A stretch of 57,239 nt of DNA, the filler included, from Dugesia japonica (lineage: Eukaryota): assembly GCA_001938525.1 (NCBI GenBank). It is 5 parts of 5 records of this genome, joined end to end, with 100 filler letters (N's around TTAATTAATTAA, not from the genome) between each part and the next. Parts side by side here need not be neighbours in the genome. Positions count along the whole stretch, not along the records: positions 44,144 to 57,239 come from MQRL01646385.1; 4 more parts are not named here. One strand, given 5' to 3'. This document shows positions 48,672 through 57,239 of this stretch, piece after piece. The position numbers were made by a program, and so were the translations under genes. The stretch's first letter is position 1. Each line of letters opens with the position of its first letter. The notes beneath the pieces are model-generated. The model was not told the DNA's origin and made no database searches. It was given only the letters and a program-made list of their open reading frames with translations.

Positions 48672-48749
48672 AGTAGGGGGATAGTAGCGCACTGCCCGCA
48701 CATGCACAGCGCTGGGCATGTGCGGGCAGTGCGCTACTATGCCTCTACT
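48672..48749. mobile_element. 78-bp loopless palindromic insertion with AGTAG...CTACT ends and 6-bp TSD (miniature Polinton-like element)
   Basis: Two 39-bp arms pair at 36/39 positions. ACTACA is duplicated at 48666-48671 and 48750-48755. Confidence 0.75.
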
Positions 48750-49884
48750 ACTACACACCTTATATATCGTTGGTTCTTACCAACGATGGTGAGGAAGGAA
48801 CCTTCTGGGTTCCCTGGAGAAATACCGTCGAGTTACTAACTGAGCAGCGGATGAAATAAGAAAAAGAGAAAACCGATTTGCTCGGTAAAGGAGGACAGCT
48901 GGTAGAGAAATTCAGAAGCATAAAACAAAAATGTTTGGATACTCCGGCATCACTGCAGCTCAGCAAACAAGAGTCTGTGCAGCTTAGGAGAGGCTGAATT
49001 CAATTAAGGAGAACACTAACAAATTAATCATACAACAGATGGAGAGCAGAGCGGTTCTAGAACAACTGGAGAACCAGGTTCTGTTACTGACACTCGAGGT
49101 TGTCGCAGAACCAGAGAATTTGCAACTTCCCCTTATCGTGAAGATGGAGTCTCTTGCGACGAATGACGAATAAATGTTACGGGTGTCAGAATTTGTTTTC
49201 CTTTGATTAAGTTGTTAAGATTTATGAATGTAGGGTGTTATGTATGTCACTTTGTTCGTTGAAAATTTTGCATCTGCAGAGGTAGTAATCAGTTTAAATG
49301 AAATTTAAAATTTATTTAGTTGTGTATACACGCAAACGCGGTGTCAATATTTAGTTCTCAAAACATTGTCTGCCGTTGTTAAACAAATTATTTCCCATGT
49401 TTATGATTTTTCATTGATTATAATAACTTACAGCAGTTAAACGTATTACAAATAAATTACGATTAAACAATTTTTTTTCTAGTGAATAGATCCAATGAAG
49501 AGAAGATGCAGAAAAGAATTTAATTGCCGCGCAGCAAGTTCGAAGGAAGAAAGTAAGGAGTTAAAAATGTAATTTTGAGGCTGAAGGGGCAGCTGATGAA
49601 GTCATAAGCGAAGTATAACCAAATTAAAGAGAAAGAGCTGTCCCTTCAGCACGCGAATAGACTAATGGCGGACATTATAAAAACCTATGCAGACCTATGA
49701 TCCATATTCGTCACGCTAAGAACACTCTGGTTAAACTATCGATCGTCATTTCTGTATCATTTCAGAGTTTTATAGTTTGTTTTCAAATGTTACTAGATGT
49801 AGTTATTATGTAGTTGTTATGTATTTATTTAAATTAATGTTATATTATTATTATGATCATTATTAATATTATTTATTATTATTA

Positions 49885-49886
49885 AT

Positions 49887-49946
<60 letters not shown>

Positions 49947-49996
49947 NNNNNNNNNNNNNNNNNNNNNNNNNNNNNNNNNNNNNNNNNNNNNNNNNN

Positions 49997-50034
<38 letters not shown>

Positions 50035-50096
50035 CATTTTAATAATAATAATAATAATCATTTTAATAATTATAATAATAATGATTATAATAATAA
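49885..50096. repeat. (AAT)n microsatellite (gap inside) abutting a TGTTGGG terminus
   Basis: Seen directly. Confidence 0.9.
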
Positions 50097-52083
50097 TGTT
50101 GGGATTGATTTTTAAATTAAGTCTAAAAATAATCGAGTAAGCCAGTGCTGTACTATCTACCTACTATTATCTTTACATAAAAATGTAAAGTAGGTAGAAA
50201 GTGCAACACTGAACTAACGAATTTAGTAGGCGTTTTTAAAAAAGAGGTTGTTTACAAATAAAAAAACTGAAGACTAAAAATTGAAGACCACTTTTTATGG
50301 GGGTAGGGTAGGGTATACCCTTTTTTTGTCCAACTTAATGCATTAGAAAAAAACCCCAACTAAATACGTTGGTCCAGGTTGGCCTAGTAAAACCCCGTGA
50401 AGAATTTAATCTGGAGTCCCTGAAAATACAAGTCTTCGGAATGGAGCCGTTGACTCGTAACCCGTAGTTCGAGTGTGTGCTCGCATTCCTTTGGTTTGGG
50501 TTCATATTTCATGATACTCACTTGATTTTCAGGACATACTTAATTCTTCCTAATTATTTTCATATTAGTTCTTACTTTATTAGTTTCCACTTTGTGGGTC
50601 GTTTATTAGTCTTTATTTTATTATCTAGTTCAATCTTAATTAATTAACATTTTTACTAGTTTGTTGTTACTAACAGGAGAAATTAATCAATAGTTGTCGG
50701 GTTTGAAAAATTTTCTTTATCACTACTAACCCTTGATAATTTAATTACGAAACAATTACTTCCTAGAATTTCAAAAGTTATGCAACTATTTAATAATCCA
50801 AAATTCGTTAATGAAACATACATTGTTAAGATAGGGTACAGCAAATTTTAAAATTACATAACTTACCTGAGCCGGGAATCGATCCAGAGCAAGCACCTAG
50901 AAATCTTTGTGATGAATCGATTAATACTTTTTGATTCTCTTCTATAAATTCTTCAGAGTTCATGAACCGTTGCAGGTATTTATCAACGTGAAATTGATTA
51001 ACTTTAATCAGTTAAATTAGATTTTGGATTAGTTTTTAGCTTCAGAAATTTAATGATTATTTTTTTCCAAAATTGAAACGGTATTTATATCGGTTTTTTC
51101 ATACGCCTCCATTCTTCTTATTGGCTAAAAGGCATCGTATGANNNNNNNNNNNNNNNNNNNNNNNNNNNNNNNNNNNNNNNNNNNNNNNNNNNNNNNNNN
51201 NNNNNNNNNNCAAAATTACTGGAATTCAATTGGTTAATCTTAAAACCCAAGTATCTTATTTCTTAGTCTAGTTATGGATTTTTAACTTGGATTTTCGAAA
51301 TCTCCAATTTTTTCTTGATTATAATTTTCTTAATTTTTAATTTTATTTCAATGGGAAGTTTTCATTTCCCTATATTTTCGTATAAATTTAATTTTCTTTT
51401 TTAAAATAAATTATTTTAATTTGTATGATTTATTTTATATAAATCATTTTTTTTACAAAAAAAATTTTTAAAAAAAATTTAACCACTGATCTGTGAAAAT
51501 AACTAAATAAACAATTTTATTTAAAATAAAATGTTTTAAATGCAAAAGATCAGAATTGGGTTTCTTCTTTTCTTAATTTTTCAATATTTCGGCTATGCTT
51601 TCTTCAGGAACAACAGATTTATTTTATTTAAATAAAATAAATTATTTATTTTACTTTCTTCTTAAATATTTATTTGAAGTTTATTTTTTTTCTAATCTAA
51701 AATTAATTTCAATTCGTCGTTTTCTTTCACTAATTAATTCATTTAATTTATTTTCTCTTTCTTTCATTATTAATTCAATATGATTTCTTTATTTTTTGTC
51801 TAATAAACTAATTGCTTGGTTGTTAGTTATTTTTTTCCTACTAATAGTTTTTATTACTTCTTTTCTTATTCGTCTTTCTTATTTCTGACTTTTTTTCTGA
51901 TGTAATTCTTGATTTTGCTGGTTATTTCGTAAGTTTTAGCTCCCTAATCTGGTTTTCTCCTTAATTATTTTTTTCTTTCATTCTCTTGTCTGGATTATTT
52001 CTTTTTCTTTTCTTGTGGCATTTTTCCAAATTTCGTGTTTACCTATCGCCTTTATTTTCTATACCAGGTGTTTCACCCTAACA
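50097..52083 (-). mobile_element. ~2-kb solo-LTR-like unit (TGTTGGG...GTGTTTCACCCTAACA)
   Basis: Both family termini are present, and it shares the AACCGTTGCA motif with the 19980 and 55608 regions. Confidence 0.55.
51580..51610 (-). ncRNA. Minimal hammerhead motif, partly decayed
   Basis: The minus strand reads TTC-CTGAAGA-AAGCATAGCC-GAAA-TATT-GAA. Confidence 0.5.
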
Positions 52084-52681
52084 ATAATATAAAAATACTA
52101 CTAAAAGTATTAATATACAAATATAGTTAAAATTAATAATTATTACTAATTATTATTGTTTACTTTTTAGTTTTCTTGTGTTTAATAAATCACGATTCAA
52201 ATAAAATATTAATATTAATTTTAACTTTTCTCATCTTTTTACATTTTCAATCTCAATACATTAATTTATCGTCACGTATATCTTTACATCAAAACATGTA
52301 AAACCTCAACACATTTATTTGTTAGGTCTTACAAATCTTTAAGCATTTAATAATTTTTTTTATTTCTATAATACCTCACACATTTCATTGAATTCATGTT
52401 AAAATTTAATGAGTCAATTTTCAGTTAATTAATTTCGGAATAAAAATATTGGTATATTTTTAGTTTTTTAGCCACTTAATTTATATTGATACAAAGAAAA
52501 AATTATACTAATAATAATACAAATATTTTAATTTTCTTAATGTTGAAAATCAAATTAATTTTATTTAACTAATTTTTCTAGCCAAAGAAATTCTTGATTT
52601 AACAATAATATTTTAACTATTTTTCCTTTGAAATCGTCAAAGTATAGAAATTACTTTTTTATTAAAGTTCAAAAGTCTAAT

Positions 52682-53590
52682 ATGAGTTACAGATTTTCAA
52701 GAAATAATGATCGACAATAGAATTATAGAAATCAATCTAGAGTGAAAATGAGATCTGAATAAGAAATGAAAGCGAGTTGTTCAGAAGTTGTTAAAGCAGT
52801 TGAATTGAAAGAGAAAAAAATTGTTTATAGTACAGATGAAATGTTGAAATTCATTAATCATTCATTAGACTAAACCAATGTCTAAAGATAATTTGTTGAA
52901 ATTGGCAAAATCATTTTATTGCATTGAAATCAATCAAATTGATTTAAGNAGNCTAATAGATAAAGATGTTGGTTGTGATAAATTCATAAATAGTAATCAA
53001 TCGATTTGTCTTTAAATATTGGTCACAGACTAAAAAATTTAGTTCATCATGTAAATGGTTTTGCCACCAAAATTAAAAAAATCAAAATCAATTATTAGAA
53101 TGCTTATTTATTGGATTTTGAGAGAAGTATAAAAAGCATACTTAATAAAATGACACCTGTAAATTTTGAGAATTTTATTTCGGAAATTAAGACTTAATAT
53201 TATTAGTAAAAAGTTAAATTGTTTTGTTGAACAAGTTTTTAATAAAGCTATTCAAGAAGAATCTACAGTAAACTTTATTCAAAGCTTACATGTAAATTCA
53301 ATGAACTTTGTGTAAATAAACAAAGTTTCCTTATGGTTTTATTAAAAAAATGTCAGCAAATGTTTAAAAAGGGTCTTAATTGAAGAAGTNAGAGAATTTT
53401 AGATGGATAAAATAAGTAAAGAAACTAATGAAAGAATGAAAATAATGTATGAAGAAAGTATTGAGGAATAAATTAAAAAACCAAAAGATAAATTTTTCGG
53501 TAACACAAGATTTATAATAGATTTATGTTTGTTAAATCAACTTCCTTACCATATGATTAAACATGTAATTAAAAGTTATCTTAGTGCACC
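52682..53590 (+). pseudogene. Intronless compact eIF4G-like pseudogene (putative eIF4E-binding motif + MIF4G domain)
   Basis: KIVYSTDEMLKF precedes ERSIKSILNKMTPVNFENF...FVEQVFNKAIQEE...FLMVLLKKCQQMF...KFFGNTRFIIDLCLLNQL, which tracks the eIF4G MIF4G consensus (SILNKLTP, IFEKA, LLNRCQ.EF, GNIKFIGEL). Multiple stops and frameshifts. Confidence 0.8.
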
Positions 53591-54252
53591 AGAATTCAGC
53601 GGAAAATACAGCAAAATCACAATTCAAAGAGATGTTACCTCACTTAGTAATATACAGAATGATATATGCAGTAATTTGAAGAAAACCATCCGAAAACGGA
53701 ACAAAAAATGCTAGCTAAATAGAAGCACACCAACTTAGCCAATATTGAAGAAGATACCTATGTATATTTAATGAACCGTATCATAATAGTATTCCTTCTG
53801 GCCTACACGATATGAGTTGCCCTTACTTCACTTTATTTTTGACTCAAGATGCTGGCGCATCTTCGCCTGAGGGAGGAAAATTTGTAGTGTAGAGCCACAG
53901 TTACACACACACATAAACAAACATACCAAACAATACACATAATAATCAACACAATAATATATGCACGCATTACATATGCAAAATATGCAAACACAACATA
54001 ACATAACATTCAGAAGCAAAGAGTTCTTCAAACAATCTAGAAAAAGAAACCTCGAATACTCAATCCAAGATTCAATCCTTGCAAGCAGCAATTCAATCAA
54101 TCAAATAATAATTTAGACATTATTTTTCGTGATTCCTTCATGACAATTATAATTTTAATTTGACTCGTTATTTTACTGATAATATTAATTAATTTTTATG
54201 TGAATCAATATGTATAAATAATTTTAATCTGAGAATTTTGGTTGACATCAAT

Positions 54253-54557
54253 CGGGGCCGCTGCTAGGGGCTGGAGAATAGGGCAGTCACCCTGGGTGCC
54301 GAGGCACTACAGGAGCCTAGGAGGCGCTAAAATGATGTCCCGGAATTTACGAAATTTTCAAATGATTCAAATAAATAAAACTAAGCAGTCTAGGCTTGGC
54401 TACAGTCTACAATGTGGATGATGAATAAATAATTATAATTATGAAAACAATGTTGTTACTTTTTAGTTAGAGAAACCACTGTTTCGTATATACATAGGGT
54501 TGGGGGCGCCAAATCTACCCCTTGTCCTGGGCGCCAAATGACCTAGCAACGGTTCTG
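54253..54557. mobile_element. Non-autonomous hAT-type MITE
   Basis: Imperfect TIRs CGGGGCCGCTGCTAGG / CCTAGCAACGGTTCTG, GGCGCC-rich subtermini, and a weak 8-bp TSD (5/8). Confidence 0.55.
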
Positions 54558-54754
54558 GCGTAAATAATAATAATATGGGAATAATTATATTGATTAAATA
54601 TGTACAAATAATTTTAATCTGGAATTTTCTTTTCTTTTATGTACTTTTATAATTTTATTTATGTAATTACAGTTAAATTTATTATGAGAATAATTTCAGT
54701 TTTCATATTATTTTTTTAAACAATGACCGAAAATTCGTTCTATTCTGTAAATAT

Positions 54755-56250
54755 TGTTGCGGTGAAACACCCGAATAATGAAGACCAGATAATTAAGGGC
54801 CCAAAGCAAGAAACCGAAAACGATTGAAGATGAGGAAGGAAATGGAATAATGAAAAACCAGTAGGGATCAAGCTTCCAATTAATATTAATTCCAAGCAGA
54901 AAATATGAAAAAAATAATTATAAAATTAATTAGAGAAAATTAACAAGAAATTGAAGGAAATACAGAAAATAATATTAAAAAATTAAAGGGAATCAAAAGA
55001 GTAATGAATGACCATCAATAATGAAGAAAGGTTATAAATTATAATTGGAGTAATTAAATATCAAAGAAAATAAATGGAAATAATAAAGAAGAAAACAACT
55101 TAATTAATAACGAAAAAAAGAAAATTAATTAAGAAGAAAATCTGTAAATGGGGAATAACTTCTCGCAAGATGGTCAGAAATCGACAGGAGAAGAAAAATC
55201 AGAAAGCCCCTAACAATAGGGATTCAATTCTGCTAAGAAACTGGTAACATTATCAGAAGTGTCATAAATAGGCTAAGACGGATAGGACAATAAGAAGCCA
55301 TGAAAGAAGTATGAAACAAAGAAACAAGAATCATATGGCATATATAATTAAGCACCAATGAAAAACAAAGAGAAAAACAAAAGTCTGAAAATCAGACAAA
55401 AGGTAATGAAAAACCTTAGAAGGAAACTAAAAATAAAGACCCAATAAGAAGAAAGTTGGGGTGCGAACAAAAAGCTATATTAAACCCCCCGAATTTTAGA
55501 TGAAAACCACAAAAACAAAAAATCTTTTCATTTTGCTAAGCTTCATCAGTTACAGTGAATTATTACTTACCGCGACACTACAATTTGTTCAATAAAAATA
55601 CCTTGAGAACCGTTGCAAATTCATCAAAATTTATTAGTACGTAATTGTTGTTGGTTATATGTTAATTTTAAATATATTTTATTTTGATATGAATCATTTA
55701 TCTTTTTATTTTATATTATATTTTATATTTTTATTTTATACTACCTGCATGAAGCTTCAATCGATGTGTCCTTTCATAAATTAATAACATGCTTAAATCA
55801 CACCGTATTAAGTGACTATCTATTTTCTAAAATAGAGGTTGATCAATATATTCGCGACACTAAATAGATAATGCCATCTGAAGAAAGGAGATATTTCCGT
55901 TATATATTCCCAGTCATTGCCAGAGAAAACTTTCAAGAATAATCGCAATTATCTTGCAAGCTACAATTTCTGAGAAACAACCATCATGCAGGCTCACACG
56001 TTTACTATAATCCAGATTAACACGATTACTGACTACCTCGTTAAAATAATTGCCAAAACGTAGACCACTCCTGTCTGCTCAGCTGTGCCATAGAGATAGA
56101 AAGTGTCTCTCGATGACTAAGCAATGCACGTCTACCTCGCATCATATATAAATATCTTGAGTAATCATCATGAGATGAATGGCTATTATTTCTCAGCACC
56201 TATATTTCTAGTAGAATTTTGCAGCCATCATGATGCTAACAACAATTGTG
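54755..56250 (+). mobile_element. LTR-like unit of the AAT-associated family, plus orientation
   Basis: Starts TGTTGCGGTGAAACACCC, followed by a purine-rich body and the AACCGTTGCA motif. The right boundary is approximate. Confidence 0.55.
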
Positions 56251-56314
56251 GATTGTTATGTTTCTTATGATCTCTATCAGTAGTGTTATTATCCGTCCTA
56301 TGGTTGTTCTTGTT

Positions 56315-56740
56315 TATTATTTAATATCATTATTATTTCTTATAATCATCATTATTTATTATTAAAATAACCATTATTGTCCGTTAATTATTATCATTGC
56401 TCTACTATTTGTTTATATCATTATAATTGATATTATTTCTTTAGCATAGATATAATTATTATTACTACGAAGTACTAGTAACATTAATAGTATTAATATC
56501 ATCGTTATTATATTTCTAATTGGCATTATCATTCTTTATCGGTATCCTTATCATTGTTATTATCACTGATTGTTATTACTATTAATTATATTGTTGATGT
56601 GATTGTATTATTGTTACCATTATCATTATTACTATTACTATCATCATTGTCTATAATATTATTGTTATTATTACTAACATATATACTAAAATAAATTATT
56701 ATTACTAAAATTATTACGAATGTAATTATCATGACGATGA
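56315..56740. repeat. Degenerate (ATT)n low-complexity tract
   Basis: Seen directly. Confidence 0.8.
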
Positions 56741-57239
56741 TCCTGACTTTATGACTACTGCTGTTGCTGGCAGGAATACCGTGGCTCAACTCATTATGGT
56801 ACCTGCCAAATTCACTTTATCACCCTTCTTAAATAATTATTAACCCTCGAAATAACCTAAATTTATTCCAAAAGTCTCTGGAAGCCACTGCGACGTTATG
56901 TGAGAATTATTTGATAGTTTCCTTCTTCTAGATTTATGCGTGATATACTGTTAACCACGTTACAATTAATCCGCCGCCAAAGAAAGGTAGCCAGACGACG
57001 GTAACTAATCGCCCATTTACTATTCACAGGAACTGTAGAACATCCGGATGAAATTGATCTGACCTGCTTGGCTGAAATGTTCCCCTGGAAATCTCTGAAG
57101 AAATATGACTAACTTTCTTATTGCTAATTAAATGTAACAATAAAATTCTGATGGCTTATTTATTTGGTTGACTCGTTTATTGAGATTAAATTATTATTCA
57201 TAATATTTTCTGTTCTTATGACTGCTGAATAACCATTTA

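Noticed and set aside
50867-50963. Missing first exon of ACOX3
   Set aside because: No recognisable ACOX similarity, it lies inside a repeat unit, and it is separated from ACOX3 by three artificial spacers.
55525-55555. Additional hammerhead (minus CTGATGA-AGCTTAGC-AAAA)
   Set aside because: The GAAA core is broken and no stem I can be formed.

Overview
Very AT-rich animal genomic DNA with GT-AG introns, many of them 44-51 bp. The AAT microsatellites, TRAF-like gene and transposon content would fit a freshwater planarian, but that is inference. The window is stitched from at least five pieces by artificial 100-bp spacers (44N-TTAATTAATTAA-44N), so adjacency across them is unreliable. Host genes are a partial Asx/ASXL-like Polycomb gene (minus), a partial peroxisomal acyl-CoA oxidase 3 (minus), a complete UQCRQ (plus) and an apparently intact 5-exon TRAF-like RING/zinc-finger gene (minus). 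The rest is mostly nested, decayed mobile DNA: mariner/Tc1/pogo, hAT, a Ty3/gypsy element with a tRNA-Leu PBS, an RLE non-LTR 3' end, and Polinton/Maverick capsid and terminus remnants. Three things stand out. First, Penelope-like fragments with several minimal hammerhead-ribozyme motifs. Second, a 78-bp loopless palindrome with Polinton-type ends and a perfect 6-bp TSD. Third, a family of ~2-kb TGTTGGG...CCCAACA LTR-like units abutting AAT arrays, next to intronless decayed BCL2-like and mini-eIF4G (4E-binding motif + MIF4G) genes that may be retroelement cargo.
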